Assembly (NCBI GenBank): GCA_951406725.2
Contig: OX597819.1
Location: 129,146,001-129,210,000 of the forward strand
From: Octopus vulgaris
Taxonomy: Eukaryota
Length of the DNA: 64,000 nucleotides
Reading direction: 5' to 3'
Made by a program: the position numbers and the translations under genes. Below, piece after piece: positions 14,741-27,176 of this stretch. A model generated the notes under the pieces. That model was not told where the DNA came from. It did no database searches and saw only the letters and a list, made by a program, of their open reading frames with translations. Each line of letters begins with the position of its first letter. Position 1 is the stretch's first letter.

Positions 14741-15136
14741 TAGGCAGCACTCCCATTGATAAAACTATTGATTTTCTGCCTGGTTTGCTGGAACTAAACA
14801 ACAACAAAAGCAACCACGGTGTTCATAAAATAAGTACCACTCATACAATGGAGTCCGTTCAATGGACGTTATAGGTTCTCCTCTGTAATATTATCTCTTT
14901 TGTGCTAATGTGATGTTTCATTATTTATCAAGAAACATTCATTATCATAAATCATTAACCCAGTAGACCACTCTTTCGTATCCAGTCCAGTTTGTTTCAT
15001 TTCATTTCGCATAATCCTGAAAAACAAGACTGAAACAGTGCTGAGCCGTAAACCCTTTCTATTCAGTAATCCTGACACTGCTATAAATCAATTTAGGTTA
15101 TAGCTTAACGCCGTCGTTTCTACACATTCACTAAAA

Positions 15137-15484
15137 GTGGAGGCGCAATGGCCCAGTGGTTAGGGCAGCGGACTCGCGGTCGGAGGATCGCGGTTTCGAT
15201 TCCCAGGCCGGGCGTTGTGTGTGTTTATTGAGCGAAAACACTTAAAGCTCCATGAGGCTCCGGGTTGTACTCTTTCGCTCCAACTTTCTCTCACTCTTCC
15301 TTCCTGTTTCTTATCCCCGACTTCCTATGCAACCGCTGAGCCTGGATGCGCATTCATCCATCCGTCGATGCTCTCGGTGTCGGGGGTCGACCTGCTTTCT
15401 CTTCTGCGGGTCTTACGAATAGCAAAGAACCACGTTTCGGACCTCTCCCACTCTGGGACGAAGACCGCTTCGCTCAACAAACAA
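15137..15484 (+). mobile_element. tRNA-derived SINE, family C, with 12-bp TSD
   Basis: Head GGAGGCGCAATGGCCCAGTGGTTAGGGCAGCGGACT...GGTTTCGATTCC; CAA tail; TSD ACATTCACTAAA at 15124-15135 and 15485-15496. Confidence 0.92.
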
Positions 15485-16094
15485 ACATTCACTAAACCTA
15501 CTAGAAATGGCAGCTAAATCTTCTTCAATTACACTTTATCGGCAGTGTAAAATATCACATTGGCAACTGTAATATTAGATACAGACAATCTAAAAAGAAA
15601 AAAAATGGAAAAGTCAAGACTGAAGCGCCTTTCACTAAATACCTCCTCGAAGTAACAGCTCAGAACGGGGATTGACTGCATATTAAGGACTCCCATCAAA
15701 CCAACTTGGCAGCGAATGCTCTAAATAAAAAAATAAGTCAGGTTTTCGTCAGCTTGCAGTGCTAAATTTAAATCTTCATATGAGATAAACATTAGCAACA
15801 GGAAACTGCTTGACTCAATTTACACTCCTTAAAATATCTTGAAATCTGTTGGATGACAGGCACAGGTGACTTGACGGTATCGTCAACTCTTATAAAACGG
15901 CATAAATTATAAATGAATAACAAGAGCAAGAACAATATTACATTGTCTGTTTATTGGAAAACTCACTCTCGACAGTTATGGTTATATATAGTAACAACAA
16001 CCCATTCATCTTCTGGAGTTTTTCGTTATTTGTTTGCACAGTTACAAACAAAATATTTAGCTATTGCTTTTATTGCTGTTACAACTGCTGTTGC

Positions 16095-16465
16095 TGTTCT
16101 TGTTGAGCGAAGCGGTCTTCGTCCCAGAGCTCGCAAGATGGGAGAGGTCCGAAACGTGGTCCTTTGCTATTCGTAAGACCCGCAGAAGAGAAAGCAGGTC
16201 AACGCCCGACACCGAGAACATCGACGGATGGATGAATGCGCATCCAGGCTCAGCGGTTGTGTAGGAAGTCGGAGACAAGAAACAGGAAGAAAGAGTGAGA
16301 GAAAGTTGTAGCGAGAGAGTACAACAGGGGTCGTCACCACCCCCTGCCGGAGCTTTTAGGTGTTTTCGCTCAATAAACACACACAACGCCCGGTCTGGGA
16401 ATCGAAACCGCGATCCTCCGACCGCGAGTCCGCTGCCCTAACCATTGGGCCATTGCGCCTCCACT
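16095..16465 (-). mobile_element. SINE family C
   Basis: Reverse-complement copy of 15137-15484. Confidence 0.92.
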
Positions 16466-16684
16466 TGCTGTTGCTGTCTTCTTTATTCCACATTTGTCTG
16501 AAACCAGCAAACAAGGTTGTGTGGTTGAGATCTCGCCTTGCAACTGCATGGTTTTGGGTTCAGTCCCACAGCACTGCACGGCACTTTTGGCACGTGTCTT
16601 CTACTATAACCCCGGGTCGACCAAAGCACTGGGAGTGGATATGGTAGCCGGAAACTGCTTGACAGCCCGTCGTGTGTATGTATA

Positions 16685-16912
16685 TATTTCTTTACTACCC
16701 ACAAGGAGCTAAATACAGAGGGGACAAACAAGGACAAACAAACGGATTAAGTCGATTATATCGACCCTAGTGCGTAACTGGCACTTAATTTATCGACCCC
16801 GAAAGGATGAAAGGCAAAGTCGACCTCGGCGGAATTTGAACTCAGAACGTAATGGCAGACGAAATCCGGCTACGCATTTCGCCCGACATGCTAACGTTTC
16901 TGCCAGCTCGTC
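16685..16912 (-). mobile_element. SINE family B monomer, inserted in a family-A fragment
   Basis: Full head and body; flanking duplication cgtcgtgtgtatgtata. Confidence 0.88.
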
Positions 16913-16926
16913 GTGTGTATGTATAC

Positions 16927-17096
16927 AGGAGGGAGTGCTGAAAAGTTCAAGGCTTTAAGGGAATTACGAAAAGCCTGGTTGAAGGTCCAACCTTCCGAGT
17001 TCTTTTACAGGGCTTAGAATGACTGAAGGATCGCTGCAATAGCAGCGATCCTGTATTTTCTTTTACCTAAAGCCAGGAATATTTCAACACCCCTTC
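16927..17096. mobile_element. Mariner-derived MITE
   Basis: TIR-like ends gagggagtgctgaaaagttcaaggcttta / taaagccaggaatatttcaacacccctt. Confidence 0.65.
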
Positions 17097-17619
17097 AAAT
17101 ATGTGTGTATGTGCGTGTGATAGTGTGTCTGAGTGTGTGTTTATGTGTGTGTGCGTGTGTGTGAGTGTGTGTGTATGTATGTCTATGCGTGTGAGAGTGT
17201 GTGCGTATGTTTGTATGCGTGTATATGCGTGTGCGTGTGTGTGTGTGTATGTATGTGTGTGCGTGTGTGTGAGTGTGTGTGTGTTCGTTTGTGTTTAATC
17301 CCACCCCATCCCACTACCGCCTGACAACCGGTGCTGATCTGTTTACGTCCTCCGTTAAATTAGCGGTTCGACAAAAGATACCAATACGTACAAAATATAA
17401 AAATAAGCACTGAGGTCAATCTATTTGACTAAACACTTGAAGCTGGTGCCCCGGCGGTGTTGCAGTCCTAAAACTGAAACAAGTAGAATATAAAGATGTA
17501 TGGAGAGGCGAGGCTTTGTAGGTAAGAAGTAACAACGTGATACCGTAATTCGATCCCACTACCTGATGTTTTGGGCGAGCATCTTCTAATGAAACCTTGG
17601 TTTGGCCATTATCATACCT

Positions 17620-17849
17620 ATTTATTTACTACCCACAGGGGGCTAAACACAGAGGGGACAAACAAGGACAGACAAACGGATTAAGTCGATTATATCGATC
17701 CCAGTGCGTAACTGGTACTTAATTTATCGACCCCGAAAGGATGAAAGGCAAAGTCGACCTCGGCGGAATTTGAACTCAGAACATAACGACAGACGAAATA
17801 CCGCTAAGCATTTCACCCGGTGTTCTAACATTTCTACCAACTCGCCGCC
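17620..17849 (-). mobile_element. SINE family B monomer with 18-bp TSD
   Basis: TSD TTGGCCATTATCATACCT at 17602-17619 and 17850-17867. Confidence 0.92.
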
Positions 17850-18645
17850 TTGGCCATTATCATACCTGTCACAATACATTGGTCGGCCTTAAGCTATTGC
17901 AGAAGAGAAATGCAGGTGTGTCAAGCAATTGGACTGAACCTGGTACCATGTGGATGAGAACCAAATTTCTTATCTCACAGCCACGCCTGTGCCTATCCGT
18001 TTATTTACTAATTTATTTGTTTATTTATTTATTTGTCTGCTTATTTATTTGTTTATTTATTTAAGAATTCCCAAATTAGGTATGGCGACATGAGTTGCTC
18101 TGCTACTGGGAATGACATAAATTTACCTGGGAGAGGGAAATGAAGAAAGACAGACGAGAAACAAATATCTGAGAAATGAGTTATTTTATTGGAGTTTAGC
18201 CCGACTTTTTGGTTGACTACGACGCCACCTACTGTTGGGAATTGTAGCAACGTGCCATGACGTACCAGGAATGGCAATTTGTCTAGGTATCTCTCCAGTT
18301 GTACTACGTGCTATATTTAAAATGTCTCAACAGTGGATACAAATATGTTAGTGAAAAACAAAAACAGTGGAGTGTCGTATGAGTCAGCTAATGGTGTCTG
18401 TTTTTATTCCGTTTCATTTCAGAGTTAATATCACATAAGGTCATTCCATTGGAGTATGATTTGGTTACGAAGTAGTTATAATTGGATATTGCAAGAATCC
18501 TTCGACCTAATTCTGATAAGTCAAGTGATTAAGTTTCGCAAAGGTAATTTATTAATCAGTTGATTCCGCTTAATAGCATAGCGGATAATTACTTAAATCT
18601 GTTAACTGGGTGCACGAACCATTTGGCTTCAAAATTTAAAGTATA

Positions 18646-19018
18646 GGCGCAGAAGTGGCTGTGTGATAAGTAGCTTGCTTATCAGCCACATGGTTCCGGG
18701 TTCAGTCCCACTGTGTGACACCTTCGGCAAGTGTCTTCTACTATAGCCTCGAGCCGACCAAAGCCTTGTGAGTGAATGTGGTTGACGGAAACTGAAAGAA
18801 GCTCGTCGTGTATGTGTGTGTGTGTTTGTCCCTCCAATATCGCTTGACAACCGATGCTGGTGTGTTTACGTCCCCTCACTTAGAGGTTCGGCAAAAGGGA
18901 CCGATAGAATAAGTACTAGGCTTACAAAGAATAAGTCCTGGGATCGATCTGCTCAACTAAAGGCGGTGCTCCAGCATGGCCGCAGTCAAATGACTGAAAC
19001 AAGTAAAAGAATAAAAGA
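18646..19018 (+). mobile_element. SINE family A
   Basis: Full head, internal (TG), 3' tail GAAACAAGTAAAAGAATAAAAG. Confidence 0.92.
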
Positions 19019-19054
19019 ATATATGTAAAATTGAATGGTCAATTGTCTATAGAT

Positions 19055-19372
19055 ATTTTGTCAAGTGATGTTGGGGGGGACAAACACAGACACACAAACA
19101 CACACATGCATATATATATATATATATACATACATATACACGACGGGCTTGTTTCAGTTTCCGTTTACCAAATCCACTCACAAGGCTTTGGTCGGCCGAA
19201 GGTGCCACGCAGTGGGACTGAACCCGGAACCATGCGGTTGGTGAGCAAGCTACATACCACACAGCCACTCCTGCGCCTACTGGGGTCGATACATTCGATT
19301 AAAAATTCTTCCAGATGGTGCCCCAGCATGGTCGCAGTCTAATGAATGAAACAAGTAAAAGATAAAAGATAA
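19055..19372. mobile_element. Family-A SINE fragments (minus-strand 5' half abutting a plus-strand 3' fragment)
   Basis: Sequence match to the family-A consensus. Confidence 0.8.
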
Positions 19373-19879
19373 GATGCCGATCTATATCAATAAAATAATT
19401 AACTGGGATTAGACGAAACATAATCAGGTTGTGTGTGTCCACCGAATAAGAATTCTGCTTTCATGATATAATCTATACGAGCGTAAATATAGCCAGGAAG
19501 CGTTACGCAGAAAATATACTGGAACATCGTAATTTATTGCTTTCTAATTGGATTCGGTTAATCGCCTAAATTGTCCGTTCTTCTGTTGGCACAAGGTCAC
19601 TAATTTTTATTGGAGACGGGGAGTCGATTACATTGATACCAGTGCTCAACTGACGTTTTATCAGCTCCGAAAGGATGAAGGACAATGTCGACGTCGGCGG
19701 AATTTGAATTCAGAAGGGCAAGCTGGACGAAACGCCGCTAAGCGTTTTCTCTGGCGCGCTAACGATTCTGCCAGTTTGCCGCTCTTTAATCGCACAATAA
19801 AGCGGAATCTACTGTATGTACTGAAGTTGTAGAAAACTAAGTGTTACTCTTCAGTGACAGAGGCAGTTACAATATGTGA

Positions 19880-20462
19880 GGTGGCGAGTTGCCAGAAACG
19901 TTAGCACACCGGGCGAAATACTTAGCGGTATTTCGTCTGTCGTTACGTTCCGAGTTCAAATTCCGCCGAGGTCGACTTTGCCTTTCATCCTTTCGGGGTC
20001 GGTTAAATGAGTACCAGTTACGCACTGGAGTCGATATAATTGATTTAATCTCTTTGTCTGTCCTTGTTTGTCCACTCTATGTTTAGCCCCTTGTGTGTAG
20101 TAAAGAAATAGGTATTTCGTCTGCCGTTACGTTCTGAGTTCAAATTCCACCGCGGTCGACTTTGCCTTTCATCCTTTCGGGGTCGATAAATTAAGTACCA
20201 GTTACGCACTGGAGTCGATATAATCGACTTAATCCGTTGTCTGTCCTTGTTTGTCCTCTCTGTGTTTAGCCCCTTGTGGGCAGTAAAGAAACAGGTATTT
20301 CGTCTGTCTTTATGTTCTGAGTTCAAATTCCGCCAAGTTCGACTTTGCCTTTCATCCTTTCGGGGTCGATAAATTAAGTATCAGTTGCGTACTGGGATCG
20401 ATCTAATCGACTGGCCCCCTCTCCAAAAATTTCGGGCCTGGTGACTAGAATAGAAAAGAATA
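19880..20462 (+). mobile_element. SINE family B, trimeric form (~184-bp internal period)
   Basis: Units start at 19927, 20111 and 20294. Confidence 0.9.
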
Positions 20463-21542
20463 TCTGATATACATACACACACACATATACACATATATAC
20501 ATACATACTCGCGCGCGCATACACACATATACACAAAGACATCTTTTATCGTTCACTTGTTTCAGTCATTAGACTACGGCCATGCTGGGGCATAAGCAGA
20601 GAAAACAATAAAGAGTTATAGTTTTATGTGACTTTATTCGATTACAATATGCGAAACTTTGCGTAATCGTTTCTACATCATACAATGGCTTGAACATAAA
20701 ATCGTCCAATTAATTAATCAATTAAACAGTTAAATGATGGAATATTTATCCCATAAACTTTCCTCTGCGGATCTCAAGAGTCGCTCTGTTAGATTTTTCA
20801 AAGACTGCTGCAAACACGAAGGAAGAAGACAATGTTCATATCATATGAACGGATAAAGCTCATTACTAAGTCATATAGATTTGTATAGAGCCGGTTTCCT
20901 GACTTCTGTGTATATATCACCCCCGACACCGGTCCTTCGCGGGTTACTCATTTTAACCACCTGGGCGCAATGAAGCATCATTCCGGTTCAAGAATCGAAA
21001 GCTCAATCTTACGATAATGAGTCCACTAAGCCTAGCGCCTCTACTCATCTCATATCACATTCTCTTAATTGTTATCAACGTGCAAATTTCATTGTCAGGA
21101 AGAGTCAAAATGTTATTAAATGTTAGATATATTGAAGTTTTTAAAAAGAAGCGCTTGAGAAATATCCTTTCTTCTTATAGGCACAAGGTCTGGAATTTGA
21201 GGAAGAGGGCCTGTCGCTTACATTGACCGCAGTACGTAAATGGTACTTATTTTATCGATACCGAAACGATGAAATGCTAAGTTGACCTCGGCGGAATCCG
21301 AGATCAGAACGTAAAGACGAGTGAAATGCCGCTAAGTATTTTGCCCGACGTGCTCTCAATTCTGCCAGCTCACCTCCTTAAACGCTTGAGAAATATAATT
21401 GGCATTTAATGTCTTTACTTAGTTGTAGACTATAGCAGAGAGGAGTGAGTAGCGTGACGGGTCAATTGAGTGAGATGTAACTTTTAAAGACAAGACAATC
21501 TAACAATCACCGTCACATTTTTATTTATAGAAATCAGGTCAA

Positions 21543-21967
21543 GAATCTTTTCGGTTTGAACGGCAGTTTTTTCTAGCGGTGTCATATGAAATTGTCACCC
21601 ATAATTATGACCCTAGTATCGATCTATTGCATTTCAATCTGTTTTAGGGTTAGGGTTAGGGGTGGGGGAAGGGTATCTTTTTTTCTTCACAAATGTAAAT
21701 AAACCCAATCTGTTTCTTAAACGAGGGACATATTCATATGGCACAGAATGTTTCTTACCTCAATAGACGTCAGTGATTGGTTGAAATCACTGACTGGTTG
21801 AAATTGAAGAAAAAAAACCAACAAATATCTTACAAACTATAGAATTTTTTCAATAAAGCCAAGAGAAAAAGATGTTTTATAAACACATTCTACCAGTATA
21901 CGAAGTTTAAAATTTTTTAGTTACCTAGAAATTATGTTAAAAACTGCCGTTCAAACCGAAAAGATCC
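21543..21967. mobile_element. MITE with ~28-bp TIRs, 8-bp TSD and internal TTAGGG repeats
   Basis: TIR G(A/G)ATCTTTTCGGTTTGAACGGCAGTTTT; TSD CAGGTCAA at 21535-21542 and 21968-21975. Confidence 0.92.
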
Positions 21968-22479
21968 CAGGTCAACAAATACTAAGTTGAATACAAAAAT
22001 AAATTCAGTTGTATGAAATATCAAACTAAATTACATTTGGTGCGGTACTTAAAGAATCGAATTTAAAAAATGAAAGTGTTATAAGGCAAGTATATTAAGA
22101 GGGAAGAGGAAAAGCAGTCTGCAATGCAACTTAGACTTTGAATTTCTGAGAAAATTCCTCCATTATATTATATAATGAGTAAATTAAGAAGGAAAACGAA
22201 AAATAATTAATAACGTGTCTTAATTATAAAGTTTATTTGTTTATACCCAGGCGAGTTAATTAAGTGGGATTTTAGAGTGGAAATTTTAAAAAGAAAATTT
22301 CAGATTGTTTTAATAAATAATGAGAACAACGAATCGATAGTTCGGTGCGTTTGTTAATTAGGTTATAGTCACAATTTAGTAAATAATTAGTTCTTCCTCT
22401 CCCACTCACCTACGTGGTAAAAAAAAGAAAAGCTACCTATTACGGACCACGAAATAAGGTATTCTGTATTCTCTTTGAA

Positions 22480-23700
22480 ACCCCCGATGAACCTGGCTCA
22501 TGAGATACAGTATTCTCTTCTTTTATATTTAAAAGAGTGAATGTGATTATGTCTCTGGGGTTTAAATTTTGTAGCAGAAGCACTTGTAATAGATGCCTTC
22601 GAGGGTTTTGACGATTTATATATCATATTCTTCCTTAGATACTGCTTTTCTGGGGGGCATTTACTAGGGTTCCGAAAATAACACATTCCACTTCTCCCAC
22701 AGTTATAAAATAACCTATTTATGGTATTAGTATTACTGTTTTTATCTATATGAGACATTGGGATGTAGTCAACTCCGTTAACTTGACTTGAAAGATGTTT
22801 TCCATTAAATCTGAACCTAGATTTTTCAATAAGTTCAGAATAAACACTCGAACGTTCCTTTATTCTCAAGGCGTTCAATTTTCTGATATTGATAGTCGCT
22901 ATAATATCTGCTAAACTGGGTGTAGTGGATTATGCATACTTCACAATATGTCCATTAGATATCTTACTATATCTGCTAGAAGACGTGGGAAATTTTATCT
23001 AAGGCTATAAAGAACATTCCCGGAATATTTGAGGCTACGTGAATTCCGAATGGAGCATTATACCATGTAATATTCTCATTACGTGTTCTATTTTTCCATA
23101 ATTTATTACCATAATTAATATAATTATGTTTTTACCGGACTGATTATATGGAACCTTTTAATTGAGAGATTATTTTGATTACTATATCAACTAAGTTCAC
23201 GTTAATTTTCTTGTCATTAATCCTTTTATTTGCAATCCTATTATTATATAAATTGTTGCAACTATTCTTTTTATCACGATTACTGCAATCTCTAAGTACC
23301 GACACACTTACTCTACCTTTCTTAAGTGCATACTCGGTATTTACATTAGGAGTATAGTTGACCTTCTCAGTATGTCCAACCCAAGCCAAAGGGGCGTTAT
23401 AATATTCTTACTTTTATAAGAAAAAGATTTTCCTTACCTGAAAGACTAGATCTTCTGAGATAACGCTAACTATATTTTTAATTACTTCTTTGGCATGACT
23501 AGTTTTTCGATTTACGTTTTGGCGGTTTTAATTAGATTTATGATAAAGGTCATAAAAGCCCAGTACTAAGGTTCAATGTATCATCCAGAAAATTCTCGAA
23601 AGAGTCCTAGATTTCTATATGTATGTAGATGAGTATATGTTGTTCTAGCATCTATTTCAGCCTTCTGTTTCCCATCATGTTGTTGTATGTACTGTCTGTA
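22480..23700 (-). pseudogene. Degraded Penelope-like retroelement (RT C-terminus and downstream region)
   Basis: Minus-strand ENFLDDTLNLSTG (~23560-23597) and GHTEKVNY, homologous to the better-preserved copy at 52565-53400. Confidence 0.7.
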
Positions 23701-24087
23701 AGCTTCCATATCATTTCCGGTTGATTTTACTAAGATTGATGCAGGGACATGGCGAAGGTGAGAAACAGAATGGGCTGCAATTCAGTGAGCAAGGCATCAG
23801 AAACATCATCACTATTAATAACACTGATGAAGGAGCTAGAACTAAGAGCAAAACAAAAAAATCCGCGAACGAACTAAACATGGCATTTTCTGAGAGGCGT
23901 AGCGTGATGCTTATCGCCACAATGATGATGATGGAAATGATGATGATGGTGACGATGATGACATCTGTGAGAAGTTTTTGTTCCCAGTCACATGATTTCG
24001 GGTTCAATCCTACTGCATGGTACCTTGGTCAAGTGGCTTCTACTATAGCTTCGAGCCGACCAAATACTTGTATATATGCATGTGTGT

Positions 24088-24162
<75 letters not shown>

Positions 24163-24349
24163 ACCCCAGCCCTTGACAACCAGTGTTAGTGTGTTTATGA
24201 CCCCATAATATTACCGGTTCGGTAAAAGAGACCGCTCGAATAAGTACCAGGCTATAATGGGGAGGTCGATTCGTTCGCCTAAAATTCTCCGAGGCCGTGA
24301 TCCAGCATGGCCGTAGTCAAATGACTGAAACAAGTAAAAGAATAAAAGA

Positions 24350-24930
<581 letters not shown>

Positions 24931-25095
24931 CATTTATACATGCGGCTGCGATCATCCTGGGGCAATGAATGTATATGCAATAATTCCTTACATAAAACGG
25001 TACAATCGTTTCCACGCATTATTATAGCTTTTCAAAGATAGAATTACTATCGTTGAAAAGGTACAGTATTGTGTAGAAATAACTCGACTGTGTGT

Positions 25096-25127
<32 letters not shown>

Positions 25128-25344
25128 ATATCCAAACACAGACACATGTAATGAACTGGGTTGTTTATTAAATTGTATCACTCTTCTTGTTTTGAATGTT
25201 ACACTAGAACACGTGTGTGTGTGCGGCGCGCGCGGCTATGTGGTGTTTGTGTTAGTTTTTGTGTCCATGTGTGTCTGTGTATTTATGTATGTGTTTGTAT
25301 ATCTATCTATCTATATCCGTATCTATATATATAATATTACTTTA

Positions 25345-25425
25345 TGGCACCTTAGGCAAGTGTTTTTACTATAGCCCAGGCTTGTGACCAATTTTGGCTG
25401 ACGGAAACTGAAAGAAGCCCGTCGA

Positions 25426-25468
<43 letters not shown>

Positions 25469-25668
25469 GCGAGAAAGAAGCAACAAGAATGGATAAGTTT
25501 TTAGTACAATCGTTTCATACAAAGACAGGCTTTATTAAAAGTTGCAAAAATTGCAGCATATAAACGTGTCCTGTACTCATCAGCTAAAATACAGTTTTTT
25601 GGTGCATCTAAGTTAGGTACCATATTCAAGTAAATTCATTAAAATTGACTTGAATCTTTATTGCTTTT

Positions 25669-25736
<68 letters not shown>

Positions 25737-25965
25737 ATCTGTGTGTTTGTGTCTAATTTTGTACCCCCACCTTTGCTTGACAACAGGTGCTGGTGTGTTT
25801 ACATCTCCGTTACTTAGCAGTTCGGCAAAAAATAACCGATTGATTAAGTACAAGGCTTAAACAAATATGTTCTGGAGCCGATTCATTCGACTAAAACAAT
25901 TCTCCATGTGGTGCCCCAGCATGGTCACAGTATAGTGACTGAAACCAGTAAAAGTTAAAAGATAA
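25345..25965 (+). mobile_element. Family-A SINE (degenerate) whose internal (TA)n hosts a hammerhead-bearing insert
   Basis: 5' part ggcaccttaggcaagtg...gaaagaagcccgtcg; 3' part cttgacaacaggtgctggtg...gactgaaaccagtaaaag. Confidence 0.8.
25499..25589 (-). ncRNA. Type I hammerhead ribozyme (intact core, extended stem II)
   Basis: Minus strand: TTTTAG-CTGATGA-GTACA...TGTAT-GAAA-CGATTG-TA-CTAAAA; 6-bp stem I, canonical core, GUA cleavage triplet. Confidence 0.8.
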
Positions 25966-25991
25966 ATTATATATATATATATTATATATAA

Positions 25992-26049
<58 letters not shown>

Positions 26050-26175
26050 TAGATTCAGATGAATATGGTACTTGAGTTGAGGCACCAGAAATTAGTATGG
26101 TATTATCCATACAATTTAAAATAAGGTGATTAAAATCAAAATAAGCAACAATTGATGTAATGATATATATAAAGA

Positions 26176-26688
26176 CTAGCAGTATCGCCCGGCGTTGCTC
26201 GGGTTTGTAAGGGAAATAACTATATAAGCATTTTTAGAGAGTTACTTCCCTTATAGATGCCAATTCGGGCTTTCTTAGCCATTTCTGTTTTGGTGTCTTC
26301 AAGCCATGAAGTCGTTGTTCTAAAAGAACGCTGGTCTCCTTGACAACGCTTTACGACGTTGATTTCCTTACACTCCCTTCCCCACAGCTTCACGAGGGAG
26401 GTAAGAAGGGGGAGAAGCAAACAGGTGCAGGTGTGACCATGGACGCCAACTCCGCCGCCATCGACCCACGAAAAATTATGCATTAAAATGGAATAAAAAA
26501 TGATGTTAAATTATTTTTAAAATCGTAGACTCATCGTAGACGCGCGCTAATACCCAGACGGGCTCGATATGAATCACGACTATAAGAGACCCGCTTTTGG
26601 TTAAACTGCACCGCAAAATGTGGGAGTAGTTAGGAATCTAAATCGAAGGGGACAGACACTCACACAACTACAGTTGTATATATATAGA
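26176..26688 (-). mobile_element. Non-autonomous Helitron
   Basis: Minus strand begins TC(TATATATA), ends with GC hairpin CCCGAGCAACGCCGGG then CTAG, between A and T, no TSD. Confidence 0.82.
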
Positions 26689-27077
26689 TATATATATATA
26701 TATAAATCCTTAAAATCCTTTAAAATGTTTTAGCCCGAAGGCCGCGGCCGTGCTGGGGCACCACCGCTAATATATATATATATAATATCTACTATGTATA
26801 TATATATGTATGCATGTCTGTATATATGAACATATCAAGAGAGAAACCGAAAGACACGAAGAACTGGGACAAATCCGGACATTTAGAAGCTAGATTGTTG
26901 AAGATAGATAGAGACTTATCCAGTTTAAAGAACGATGCTAAGAATAACTACAGATAAAAACCCAGTGGGAGGAGCAAAAAAACAGTGGTTGCTTTCTGTA
27001 ACGGCCATTTAAATGTTAGAATCTTTCACCGGAATCAACAGTGTCGAAAATATAAATCAATAGGGGATAGTGGAAGC

Positions 27078-27176
27078 TTTCTTCTGATGAACGACTTTGG
27101 TTGAAAAATCGAAAAAATCAATGACAGCCAAAATGGTTGTACTTTTAAAAGCAATATGGCGAAACACGTTGAAGCT
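27078..27176 (+). ncRNA. Degenerate hammerhead-like motif at a probable Penelope 3' end
   Basis: CTGATGA(A), hairpin TTGGTTG/CAGCCAA, GAAACACGTT; stem I weak. Confidence 0.3.

Noticed and set aside
15137-15215. tRNA gene
   Set aside because: tRNA-like A/B boxes continue into a multi-copy body with a TSD, so this is a SINE head
16128-16170. Hammerhead-like GTCC-GAAA-CGTGG-TC in the antisense of the family-C tail
   Set aside because: No CUGANGA half in any of the three copies
19880-20462. CRISPR-like array or classical retrozyme interpretation of the 184-bp tandem units
   Set aside because: Units are entirely homologous with no unique spacers, the context is eukaryotic, and no CUGANGA/GAAA core was found in the unit
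21645-21668. Telomere or chromosome-fusion scar
   Set aside because: Only three repeats, lying inside a TIR/TSD-bounded MITE
23721-23900. Open-looking coding stretch (MQGHGEGEKQNGLQF...)
   Set aside because: No recognisable domain; runs into a GAT repeat and a SINE
26047-26105. CAGATGA...GAAA hammerhead-like motif in a short TA-flanked insert
   Set aside because: Core mismatch and no stem I or stem III pairing
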